Assembly: GCF_000372725.1 (NCBI RefSeq)
Contig: NW_005201392.1
Coordinates: 475,660-539,659 of the forward strand
Source: Emiliania huxleyi CCMP1516
Lineage: Eukaryota
Reading direction: 5' to 3'
Length of the DNA stretch: 64,000 bases
This document shows positions 34,301-42,865 of the stretch, piece by piece. Below the pieces are notes generated by a model that searched no databases, was not told the DNA's origin, and was given only the letters and a program-made list of their open reading frames with translations. Within the stretch, counting starts at the first letter, position 1; every line of letters begins with the position of its first letter. The position numbers and the translations under genes were made by a program.

Positions 34301-35900
34301 CGCCGATGAAGAGGCGGATAAAAGAGGTGCTGTCTGCGGGACGCGAGGCGGCGCAGATAGGGCTATCGAGGGAGGCGCCGTCGGGGATAAGGAGGTCCCA
34401 AAGGCAGGGCAGGACGGCGCGGCCGCGGCCGATGGTCGCGTCGGCAGGCAGGATGGCGCCGGTGGGGCTCCCGACGGGGACGCCGCCGACGGTGGTCCTG
34501 GCTCTGCGGGTTGTGCGGGAGCGGGTAGGCGAGGCGGCGCGGTCAAGGCCATCGAGGGAGGCGCCGCCGGTGACGGAGAGACCAGGGAGGCGAGGCGAGG
34601 CGCCGCCGCGGCGGACGATGGTCGCGTAGGTAGGCGGGGCGGCGCCGGTGGGGCTCTCGACGGGGATGCCGCCGACGGTGGTCCTGGCTCTGCGGGTTGT
34701 GCGGGAGCGGGTAGGCGAGGCGGCGCGGTCAAGGCCATCGAGGGAGGCGCCGCCGGTGACGGAGAGACCAGGGAGGCGAGGCGAGGCGCCGCCGCGGCGG
34801 GCGATGGTTGGATCCAATCTGGATCCAGCTCCAGCTTCCCCCCCATCGCTGTAGTCGAGTAGCGCTGGAGGATTTGGACTGGGTGCAACGGGTTGCTGGC
34901 AGACTGGTTGCGTGGCGACGCAGTCGGAGCCACCGAGGCAGGCGACACTGGCGACGAGGAGGCCGTGGTGGAAAGGCGAGGCGGCGCAGTTGCCGATGGC
35001 GATGCCGCTGGCGCCCCTCCGGCAGGCGAGCGCGGCGGCGAGAACGCCGCCTGGGCGAAATGTGCTGTTGCGATGTGTACGGCTGGCGGGGAGCGGAGCG
35101 TCGCGAGGAGGGCCATCGGTGGAAACCAGGCCCAAGCTGACTGCGCTGGCAGTCGATATCGGACGCCCCGCGGCGCGGTGGTGAGCAGCCATGTCGCAGG
35201 TGGGCGCTTTGACGGCGGAGGCGGCGCCAGCCGAGCCGCAGGCGGAGATGCGGCTGGTGCGGTTGGTGCCCTGCGGTATAGGTACAGGTAGTGGCTGCCC
35301 GTCGAGGGCGACGGGAGTGAGCCCGAGGATGAAGGCAGAGCCACCAGCGTAGCTGCCGACGCCGGCGACAGCGATGGCGGCGAGGGCGAGGGGTCCGCCG
35401 CCGGTGGAGACATCGGCGGGGCCCACAATGGTAGCGATGTGCGGCTCCCCTCTGAGTGGGAAAGAGGGCTCAAGTCCAGTGGCGTTGCCGGCGGATGCGG
35501 CGACGAGCGAGCCGCTGCCGGGGCCGACAGCGGCGTCGGCGAGAGGGCCGATGGCGGGGTCGCGGCCGGGGTCGTAGCTGTTGACTGGGCTGAGGTGAGC
35601 GTCATGAGGCATGCGAGCGAGATGCGGAGTAGGTGCAGCATGCAAAGGCGCTGGCGGCGCGGTGGGTTCGCAGGAGCTCCTCGGCGCGTGCTCGGGTGCT
35701 GGAGGTCGGTGGCTGGAGCCAACCGGACCGCGTCCACTGCGCAGGGGAAAGAGTGAATCGCAAGCGGTGTGCGAGAGAAAGGCGGGGATGAAGATTGCGA
35801 GCATTGAGCGGATGAGGTGGATAGCGTGTTGGGGGTTCCAAAGGGCTGTTCGTGAACAGACGACGCTGCCACGTTCGGCCGGGGCGTCCTGGGCGGGCAA
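31377..35900 (-). CDS. LTR-element internal ORF B: 1507-codon frame overlapping ORF A
   Basis: Open from LTR to LTR in a second frame; no gag, protease, RT, RNase H or integrase core motifs recognised. Confidence 0.35.
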   Translation of the reverse strand: MPAQDAPAERGSVVCSRTALWNPQHAIHLIRSMLAIFIPAFLSHTACDSLFPLRSGRGPVGSSHRPPAPEHAPRSSCEPTAPPAPLHAAPTPHLARMPHDAHLSPVNSYDPGRDPAIGPLADAAVGPGSGSLVAASAGNATGLEPSFPLRGEPHIATIVGPADVSTGGGPLALAAIAVAGVGSYAGGSAFILGLTPVALDGQPLPVPIPQGTNRTSRISACGSAGAASAVKAPTCDMAAHHRAAGRPISTASAVSLGLVSTDGPPRDAPLPASRTHRNSTFRPGGVLAAALACRRGASGIAIGNCAASPFHHGLLVASVACLGGSDCVATQPVCQQPVAPSPNPPALLDYSDGGEAGAGSRLDPTIARRGGASPRLPGLSVTGGASLDGLDRAASPTRSRTTRRARTTVGGIPVESPTGAAPPTYATIVRRGGASPRLPGLSVTGGASLDGLDRAASPTRSRTTRRARTTVGGVPVGSPTGAILPADATIGRGRAVLPCLWDLLIPDGASLDSPICAASRPADSTSFIRLFIGDVRIGSHPYALPPSRGSGGRRHAALPGLPGLSVDSGVSLGVSACTASPPVNSTPIRASDSVPGGSVESLARAVFSFADNACAIDCHGRATLPQIRGVSSRVSADRDIPPTHCWTTRKVDDSSADGRYALGFLADALGGIDQVSVGSCATSGIDIFCINDVTIAPGLRTDHPVANEDYRCLRYRYSVIAAGAPDLGASASASAWDAKLDTRSGASSAGALAAIAAIESHASTADALYVATVTSGASSDGSAAVSCLAVAWLDGCFAVVHIDGRFAVARFDGLADGSSAVGRSADGSAAVGLLAAAQLDGLECPHHIDHAKRTSGRHTEGAWRSKERSTRPSRLNAIVAYAISSKHHANSENFTERARLLPRHNWREPKHVAPGSHASAVSGPWTELAKPDDEVNETAPPPAPRQPAKPLPIQGKAERAARNSVADARVIAVAHAVERLNSSTLEPGDDLRPMRRTCVPAAVADGDRSVPLPATGSQNTGVAEHHEAMGHRAGSTLDPSVDDVSSTPGRLGHCSDSVFPVNSALNRGFTPASGAIVKFGHPQPGLRILAALDSAGPRCDPSGHAQAMRQDEQPGGASWFTAGLKEPRDRSGKADDSRFVERFIRGECTMEECAGTSPEWCYITHAEAQQIALREVYPFSRHNPTALDARPRFNQPCITSPCSTSSYGPRMATHVTPLVPFRHRGQRQPTKQPHRMPKLRHRPTPVRHLGPFQRSADGLQCNLHRESRRRPVSHAATSRSPPELRDYIEGGDFGPGQVLADTRRYTIGSLRIDRFDISGHNSGIRRYATDSSDDAPATGTASTYFFCVNTTIFFSQPRQRTDSILHSNQVDAPARQGVCNTGDPHDCYAIGSHAVDYDVDHSAERVFLDFLSLPRLRLARRHTPLRYRFAHAVDHNVDDSADGLRHDSHRRSGEIHEASYGCSTRAVRRLVEGGDVGPKPRQTPFTLSLLESRGVVLESGGPVRPVS
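31430..35872 (-). CDS. LTR-element internal ORF A: 1480-codon P/S/T/A-rich mucin-like frame
   Basis: Open from LTR to LTR; signal-like MLHLLRISLACLMTLTSAQ; ends ..KRVTVARLEPY.. just before the PPT. Confidence 0.45.
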   Translation of the reverse strand: MAASSVHEQPFGTPNTLSTSSAQCSQSSSPPFSRTPLAIHSFPCAVDAVRLAPATDLQHPSTRRGAPANPPRRQRLCMLHLLRISLACLMTLTSAQSTATTPAATPPSALSPTPLSAPAAARSSPHPPATPLDLSPLSHSEGSRTSLPLWAPPMSPPAADPSPSPPSLSPASAATLVALPSSSGSLPSPSTGSHYLYLYRRAPTAPAASPPAARLAPPPPSKRPPATWLLTTAPRGVRYRLPAQSAWAWFPPMALLATLRSPPAVHIATAHFAQAAFSPPRSPAGGAPAASPSATAPPRLSTTASSSPVSPASVAPTASPRNQSASNPLHPVQILQRYSTTAMGGKLELDPDWIQPSPAAAAPRLASLVSPSPAAPPSMALTAPPRLPAPAQPAEPGPPSAASPSRAPPAPPRLPTRPSSAAAAPRLASLVSPSPAAPPSMALTAPPRLPAPAQPAEPGPPSAASPSGAPPAPSCLPTRPSAAAAPSCPAFGTSLSPTAPPSIALSAPPRVPQTAPLLSASSSATSASGATPMPSHLLAAAVAAATPLCLAFQASPSTAAFPSVSPPAPPRLLSTAPQFVPATLSLAAPLRASLAPSSLSQTTPAPSTAMAVPHCPKSEASPVASPPTATSRPPIAGQPARSTIALPMAAMPSDFSPTHSAASTKSLSGPARPPASTSSVSTTSPLLLASGLITRWPTRTTDACDIDTASSPPAPPTSAPPPLLQPGTPSLTPAAAPPPPAPSPPSPPSRAMRPPLTPSTSPPSPAVPPLMALLLSAVSPSPGSTAASPSFISTAASLSLDSTASPMAPALSAAPPMALLLSAFSPPLSSTALSAHTTSTTPSAPPGGTPRAPGVPRSAPPGLRDSTPLSPTPSPASTMQTQRTSPSAHASSHATTGESQSTSRQDRTLQPLAAHGPSLPNPTTRSTRQHRLPHPANPPSPFPSKERPSALHATASPTRGSSPSLTLSSDSTQAPSNRATTSAPCDAPACLPPLPTVTGVYHFPLPEAKTPASLSTTKPWDIVPALPSTPLSTMSRVLPGGSGIVPTVSSLSTPPSTEASHLPPVPSSNLGTPNPGSASWLHSTPPDHAAIHPATRKPCDRTNNQAAHPGSPLDSKNPATAAAKLTIHALSSASSVASAPWRSALGPAPNGATLHTPRPNKLPSEKSIHSLAIIQPHSMLGPASISRASLRRAPPPVTAHVWPPMSRPLFRSATEGNVSLPNSRTGCRSYATDLPRSDTSAPSNAPQMGSNVTCIESPEGDQSATLRPVDLLQSFATTLKGGILVPDRFSPTHAAIQLVRFVSTALTYLATIPVYAATLPIRQMMPRLLARHQHIFFASTRRFFFHNRDNERTQFFTATKWMHQLARAYVIPVIHTIATQLVRTPSTTMSTTPPREFFSTFSLSRAFGSLADTRHCAIGSHTPSTTMSTTPPMDSDMTHIEGPERFTKRVTVARLEPYVDSSRGGTSGQSPARLPSHSLS

Positions 35901-36329
35901 ACGCCCGCCCCGGCGGCCGACTCTGGGATTGTAGGTCGAGTCTTGGTGGTACGGAGACGGTCACGAGACGGGACGGACGGGACCTCCGGACTCTAGGACG
36001 ACGCCACGGGACTCTAGGAGAGAGAGTGTGAAGGGAGTCTGGCGGGGCTTTGGCCCGACGCAAGTGTGAGCGATGACCGGGATATGTATGTATGGCGAAG
36101 AACAGTCAGAGGCTCGGAGTTGACTGGACACCAGCGCGGTATGGTGGACGCGGGACAGGAGTTGACGGCATGCGTGAGCGACACACAGACACACACAAGC
36201 TCACAAGACACTCAGCCAGCTGGCTGCCACACATCACGAGTAAGCGTACGTGCTAGATCCCCGTCTCGATGCTACATCTCGGCTGTGTACCGGCCGTATC
36301 TCGGCTATGTCTCGGCTATATCGCCTATA

Positions 36330-36570
36330 TGCCCCCGCCTCGTCTGGCAGCTCGATGCGCACGAGGCGGTCGAAGCGGCCAGGCCGGGTGAGGGCGGGGT
36401 CGAGGATGTCGTACCTGTGAGGTGTGAACAGCGTCTCTTCACGCCCACTGCTGTGAACACGCGGTCGAGGATGTCGTACCTGTGACGCGGCGCGCCACTC
36501 CTCCTCCAGCTCCGCCGAGCCCCACTCGGGCCCCTCGTCGACCCACCAATCCACGCCCTCCACCGACCTG
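36330..36570 (-). pseudogene. AAA+ ATPase (FtsH/proteasome-type) fragment
   Basis: YDILDPALTRPGRFDRLVRIELPD (second region of homology) with no Walker motifs nearby. Confidence 0.6.
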
Positions 36571-36659
36571 TCAGAAAAGAATTTGACGCGGGAGCTCCTC
36601 CCAGACGCTCGTGATGTCAGAAAAACGCAACGCAGTAGGTAGCCGAGCTGAGGTAGCCC

Positions 36660-38097
36660 ATGCCTGACTGGGCCTCCGACTGGCCAGAGGCTGCCGACGC
36701 CGGCTCTGCCGACGCCGGCTCTTCCCGCACGGCCTTGCTCGCGCTGCTGCGTTCTGAAGGTGCTCCGGCAACTGCAGCCGTCTGCATCCCCAGAGGGAGC
36801 ACCGAAGCTGTCATCTCCTCCCTCGCACGCGGGCTTGTAGAGCTCCTCAGCACTGAACAGCGACGGTGCGGCGGATTGCGTGCGCTGCCCGACGCTCCCG
36901 GCGACGATTTCTTTGGCCAGGATGGCGAGGACAGCGTCGACGACTGCCCGCTTCCCGACTTGCCGGGGGCAGTGCGGCTCGCCTCTCCGCGCTGGCTCCA
37001 GTCTGCGGTTGAGGCGGTCGGCCAGCTGATGCCGAGAGGCGCCGCATGCCTGCGCTTTGAGGCGGGCAACGGCCGGATCGGGCTGATGCTGCGGCGCTGC
37101 CCGCCCCTCCTCGCCACGGTCCGCCTCCCAGACGTCGAGCGCCTCGGCTGCAGCAGCGAGGGCGACGATCAGCTCAGCTCGCTCCTCCTCCTCGAGTGCC
37201 GCCGCGCCGCGCTGATGCTCACGCTGCGAAAGGCGTTTGAGGCAGAGGCGGCCGCCCTAGAAGCGGAATACGCATTCTATTGCTCACTGTATTTTTGTCG
37301 CTCATATCCACACAGTGCTCTGAATACTCTGCTCAATACCGTCTTCCCGCCCTCACGTTGGCGTATTCACCGCTCAGGCCGCCGCCGCCAGCGGCCGCAA
37401 GCCGCCCAACGAGACGCTCAACGCTTGGATCTTCACCCAGCTCGCCCGCAGCCACGCCGGTGGGTTGGTGGAGTCCGGCGACGAGCAGCTCTTCGTGCCG
37501 CTCGTCGACGCGGACGCAGCGGCCGGCGCCGGCGGCCACTGCGGCGCGGCTTGGCCGCTCGCGAAGTACCTTGCGCGCGCGCGGGCGCGCGCGGGGGAGG
37601 CTGAGGACTCCGCCCTCGTCGAGCGGCACGCAGTTGCCCTGGACTCGTGGCTGCGCAGCCAGTGGCAGCTGCGGCGCGCGCAGCTGGCTGCGGCTCGCGA
37701 GCCACTCGGCCGCGGCAGCGGCGGGGCGCAGAGCCGGGAGCTACAGCGTCGCTGCCGAGTCGGTGGCGGCGGCGCGGGAGGCGGCGGCGCGGGAGGCGGC
37801 GGCGCGGGAGGAGGTGGCGAGGGCGGCGGCGGCGAGGGCGGCGTCCACGCAACGCAGCCCTCCTACCCTTCTCGACGATTGTGTGTGGTTGCGACGGCGG
37901 AGCAGCGGGGTGGTTGCCGCTTGCGCCTCGAGCCGCGGCCGGAGGGTCAGCGCGCGGAGCACGCCCTCAACGGGGAGTGTTTCGCCAAGCTGAAGGAGGG
38001 GTACAAAGGCGCGGCGCGTGAGCTCAACGCCCGCCTCTTCCTGCTGCTGCAGGTGTGTTGCAATAAGACAGACAGACAGAGAGGGGGCAGTGGAGAG

Positions 38098-38138
<41 letters not shown>

Positions 38139-39941
38139 TAGACAGACAGACAGACAGACAGAGAGAGAGAGAGAGGTGATGTGTTGTGACCGCCTCTCCC
38201 TGCTGCTGCAGCGCTACGCGACGCTCTTCGGGCCTCGCTCTTCGGAAGGTCGGCTCACCCACGCGCACCGGGCCTTGCACGTTGAACGCCGTGCCAGCTC
38301 CTGCCCGCGTCCGGGCGTGGAGATGCGAGGGACTGCCTGGCCCTTGCCCCACCACTTTGTGGTGTGTGGAGAAACCTACCGTACCTAACCCGCACCTAAC
38401 CCTCGGAAGGGAGAGGCTGGCAGCTCGCCACGCCGCCCGGCGCGATGGCGCAGCTTGGTGCCGATTTCGGCGTCGGGTTCGAGTGCTTTGCCTCTCCGAT
38501 GAATCGGCGGCACGCACGCTTCTGCTCCGCATTCGCCGACACGGACGCGCCGTTCGGCTCGAGCGGCAGCCTGCTCTAGACGCGGAGCACAGTATTCTTG
38601 CATTCCAACCAGCGCTCGAGAGGACACGGACTCCGCTGTACTCGACCGCATTCCTCTGTATGCACTGTCTTTCTGTCGCTCGTTCCGCACAGTGCTCTGA
38701 ATTCACTGCTCAGTACCGTCTTCCCGCCCCGAGGTGAGGCGTATTCAGCATCTAGGCAACTTCTTCTCCGTGGCGCGCAGCGGCGGGCTGCGGGGCGTCC
38801 GTTCGGCATAGTGCGGCCCGCCGTACGCCTAATCTCCCCAGATCTCCCCAGATCTCCCCATATCTCCCCACAGGCAGAGTGCGGGCCGCCGTACGACGAC
38901 GGAATCATGGCGATGGCGGTGCGGGCGATCGACGCCGAGCTCGCCAGCAGGCCGGCGGGCTGCCCCGGCAGCTTCGTCCTCGTCGTTCCGGACTGGCGCT
39001 CGCCGCAGCCGGCCGACTTTGTGCGCGCCGCCGAGGCGAGCCCGCACCTCTCGCACGTCCTCGAGCTGCCGAAGGAGGGGAGCACCGGTGCCTCGACGGG
39101 CAATCTCGGGTAATCTCGGGTAATCTCGGGTACTCTGCCGAAGGAGGAGCACCGGTACCTCGACGGCTTCCAGCACCTCGCCTCGAGCGCCTCGCCCCGC
39201 TACGTGCTCGGCGAGACGGGCTCGCTTCTTATCTTTCTGCAGAACGCGGCCGGCGCGAGGGCTTGGCCCGTGTGCGAGGCGACCTCATCTCGGGTCATCT
39301 CGGGTCATCTCAGGTCATCTCGGGTCATTTCGGCCTGGCTTGTGAGCGAGGCGGCGCTGCAGCGGCAACGGCGCGAGTGGAACCTCAGCGCGCGGGGCCA
39401 GGCCCTCGCGCCGCCCTCCAGCGATCGGGCGACTGACGCTGCCACGGCGCTTCGAATCGCTGCCGACGGCGCCGCTGCCGACGGCGCAATCGGTGCGGCC
39501 GACGCTGCCGAAGGTTCCATCTCCGTGTCCCACACCACCGCCGTCGCGACGTCGGGCGCGCTCCTCTGCCTCGACCTCTCGGTGCCTTGTCCGGGCGCGC
39601 TGGGCGGGCACCGCGACCTCGCGTCGCTGCTGTGGAGCCTCGGCAAGATCTACTGCAGCTCCGGCGGCGCGCCGCGCGGAGGCGGCGGCTACGATGCGTT
39701 CGCCGACGACCAGGACGCGTGGCGCAAGGTGCGGTGGAGGTCGGCTGACGCAGAGGCGCTGCGCACCGCCGCGTGGGCCGCGGCGCGAGCCGCCGCGAGG
39801 GGACTCTGCGCCGGCGCCGGAGGCTTCACGTGCGTGGTGGAGATTGAGCTGTGCTTTGGGCCGCCGGGAACGGCGGAGGGCGACGCCGCCACCGATGCAC
39901 TGACGCCACGGGTGGTCGGGCTGGCGCTGCCTGCGGTTTGA
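36660..39941 (+). CDS. PCIF1/CAPAM-like adenosine N6-methyltransferase-family protein (multi-exon)
   Basis: After splicing: LLQRYATLFG..EGRGWQLATP..FGVGFECFASPMN..FCSAFADTDAPFGSSGNFF..ECGPPY..SFVLVVPDW..HRYLDGFQH..LLIFLQNAAG. Confidence 0.8.
37248..37377 (+). mobile_element. Introner-like intron, family B copy 1 (GC-AG, TIR-bearing)
   Basis: CTAGAAGCGGAATACGC..GCGTATTCACCGCTCAG; core similar to 38566-38755. Confidence 0.65.
38249..38409 (+). mobile_element. Introner-like intron, family A copy 2
   Basis: GT..AG; 8-bp TCGGAAGG repeat at both junctions; splicing restores SEGRGWQLA. Confidence 0.8.
38566..38755 (+). mobile_element. Introner-like intron, family B copy 2
   Basis: GC..AG; CTAGACGCGGAGCAC..GCGTATTCAGCATCTAG; splicing restores FGSSGNFF. 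Confidence 0.7.
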
Positions 39942-40105
39942 CGGGGAGGAGCGCGCCCCAGCCACCCGGTGCCGGCCGCCAGCGCACCGCCTCGTCGACC
40001 AACCGCAGCATACGTCTCGCGGTAGCGTCAGTTGTTTCGAGAGCGGGGAAGGAGAAAAGGCGGTGTCATTTACTACGCGGAGCTCACCGTAGAGTATACA
40101 CACAC

Positions 40106-40707
40106 ATTATCCATCGCGTCCGAGTTCTCCAGCTGATCGTTGGTTGTATTTGTTGATTGGTCCTTTAAATCTCCTGGGTTGGCGTGCCCCGAGAGCTGCG
40201 TCTGGAGCTCCCGAGGCACATCGCCACACGACCCCGGCCGCGTCGGCGCTCAAACAGGCCCCACACTGGGAACCACAACACACACATGCGCCGACGCCGT
40301 GAGGACAGGACACTCCCTGTCCACACATACAATCAGAGAACACTCGCGTGCAAGGGAAGAGGAGGGTGGGTCACGCGAGATTGCGCACGACTCGGACGAT
40401 GGGGTTGAGCAAGCAGCCCGAAGCTGCGAGCCGACGGCGACGCGTGCTTTCGGCGTTACAGCGATTTGGATGGATCGCACGTTTTGTTATGCTTGCTGTC
40501 CCCCTCTCCTCACGTTGAAGGATAACCTACATAGCCGCTGCGCGGCTATCTCCGATTATCCATCGCGTCCGAGTTCTCCAGCTGATCGTTGGTTGTATTT
40601 GTTGATTGGTCCTTTAAATCTCCTGGGTTGGCGTGCCCCGAGAGCTGCGTCTGGAGCTCCCGAGGCACATCGCCACACGACCCCGGCGTCGGCGCTCAAA
40701 CAGGCCC
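40106..40707. repeat. A-x-B-A repeat block
   Basis: A (~155 bp) at 40106-40261 and 40555-40707; B (185 bp) at 40371-40555, ending in hairpin TAGCCGC-TGC-GCGGCTA. Confidence 0.9.
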
Positions 40708-42220
40708 ATCGCGCCGGCTGCCGGAGTGGAGTCCCAGGTTGTCTCATAAAGGCCCATCGACAAATTGGGGTCGCCGCCCGGTAGGAGGTGGCGGCCGTAG
40801 CTGCCCCGGGCGTGTAGTTGCTGCTCCAATCGCACATCGATCCCATCGCATGTGGCCCGAATGCTCGAATTGAACGTCTCGCAAGCTGGCGTCGCCGCGT
40901 AGCTGTGGCAGGGCGATCCTCCCTTCGGTGGAAGGGAGATCTCTAGCCTCCTAACGAGGTTGCCCTCCGCCTGGCTGTTTGGCGACAGCGATTAACACCT
41001 CCGCAGTTGCGTCGGTCCGCGCCACAGGTAGAGACGTTGAGCTCGACAAATGTCAGAGCAGCAGGGGATGCGGTGCACCTTGGTACCCATGTCTGGTGTG
41101 GGGAGCCCGGTCGACCCTGCCCCCACCCCAAAACATGTTGCCTTCGCCTCGCGGCTCAGCGGTAACTGGGTGCACCTTGTTAGGTTCACGCCGCCCCAGC
41201 TCAGGTATGTCACGTTCACGCCGCCCCAGCTCTCGTCCAGTGCCAATTCCTGCAAGGGAACAGCCAGGACGGGCCCGCCACCGGCGGGCGGGCGGGGGGG
41301 GCGGGGCGAGGGCAGGGCGGGCTGGCAGGGCGGGCGCCTGTACAGGCTGTGCTGCTAGCTCCGCCACGCTTGTCATCTCGAGCTCTGTGATGCGTCAGAG
41401 GTCCATTACCTCCTCGCGCCCACCGCCCATGTAGGCTCGCTCGAGATGGCTCACAAGCCTCACAGGTGGCCACAAGGCCTCGAAGGTGGCTGTCAAGCCT
41501 CGGCTTACCCAGACACGCCTCTAGCACCCTTTGGCGTACCGCTGGTCGCCACAGCGGTCGCCTCTTTGTGTTCGCCACGATGGGGTCGTCACACATTGTG
41601 GACGCCCGACTGTGTGGACGCCATGGCGCGGCCTTGGCCTCACGCCATGGACGCCACTGTGGGGCTCGCCTGGCGTTCTCGCCCGGTCGGCACCCTTGTG
41701 TCGGGACGCCACGTCGTGATCTCGCCCCTTGTGGTCGACACTGAGGTCGCCAACTGTGGACGCCAGCAGCTTACCTTTGGCTTGCTATTGGCATGCCTCT
41801 GGCTTGCCTCTGGAGGACTCGGTCATCCGTCCTCGGACAGCTCCAGCTGAGGCCCAATGCCTTGGCGGCGGCGGGTTGGGGAGCTGTCTCTCTGGGCGTC
41901 ACGTTGCATACTGTCTTGCACGTGGCCCCAGTGGAGGTCTGCCCATGTGGGCCGGCCTCTTCCATGCCGCACCAGCACGGTTCCTGCGCTGCCTGCATTG
42001 CAATCGACATTGCGGCGGCATGCGGCGGCATTGTGACGGAACGTCTGGGTAGGTGCCTCGCCGCCGCCTCACGCGCCGCCGTGCCGACGAGCAGCCGCAG
42101 GCCCGCCTCGTTGCAGCCAGGGAACTTGTGCGTGACAGCGGCGTACCCGGCTGCTGCCTGGACAAAGAAAAACTTCCCAGCAAAACAAAACCAAGCGCCG
42201 AACCAAATTTATATATATAT

Positions 42221-42778
42221 ATGGTGTCGCTCTCGCCGCCCGCCGCGCTCGCCACGCGGGCGTGGGTGCAGCGGGTCGTCGTGGGCCTTGCGCTCTGTCC
42301 GTGGGCCCAGCCGGCCGAGCAGGCCGGAAAAATCCGCTACGCCGTCACCGCTGCGGCAACGGCCGGCGACCTCCTGCTCGCGCTTGAGACGGAGGTGCGC
42401 CGGCTGCAGGCCGAGCCGGGGCTCGAGACCACGCTGCTCGTGCACCCGCAGGCGCTGCGCTCGTGGGAGGAGTTCTATCCGTGGGTCGGCGGAGACGCAG
42501 AGGCGTGGCTCGAGGACGCGGGGCTGGACGACGCGTTCCAGGTGGTCGGCTTCCACCCCGGCTTCTGCTTCGCGGGCGAGGAGGCGGACGACGCGTCGAA
42601 CTGGACGAACCGCTCGCCGTTCCCGATGACGCACATTCTGCGCCAGGACTCCGTCGAATCGGCGATCGAATCGCACCCGGACCCGCAGGCGGTGCCCGAG
42701 GGCAACAAGTGTGTGCTCCGCCGGATGGGCACGGAGCGCTTGCGCGAGCTCGTGCGGCGGTGTGTTGACGAGGGATGA
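42221..42778 (+). CDS. DUF1415-family protein
   Basis: TRAWVQRVVVGLALCPWA..ETTLLVHP..FQVVGFHP..ASNWTNRSPFPMTHILRQ. Confidence 0.85.
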   Translation: MVSLSPPAALATRAWVQRVVVGLALCPWAQPAEQAGKIRYAVTAAATAGDLLLALETEVRRLQAEPGLETTLLVHPQALRSWEEFYPWVGGDAEAWLEDAGLDDAFQVVGFHPGFCFAGEEADDASNWTNRSPFPMTHILRQDSVESAIESHPDPQAVPEGNKCVLRRMGTERLRELVRRCVDEG

Positions 42779-42865
42779 GCAGGCCCGCCGCCTTCGCTGC
42801 CGCCGCCCTCGCCCCTCCGTCGCTCCACCCCGCCCATCTCCCATCTCCGCCCTCGCCGCCTCGCA

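Larger units (their letters stand above)
31288..36060 (-). mobile_element. Non-autonomous LTR retroelement with CG...CG termini
   Basis: Identical 189-bp LTRs at 31288-31476 and 35872-36060; 5-bp TSD CAAGT (31283-31287 and 36061-36065); PBS TGGCAGCG adjacent to the 5' LTR; G-rich PPT at 31477-31487. Confidence 0.92.

Noticed and set aside
40730..42150. DIRS/Ngaro coding remnants beside the A-B-A block
   Set aside because: No RT, RNase H or tyrosine recombinase motifs recognised, and the repeat order does not fit split direct repeats.
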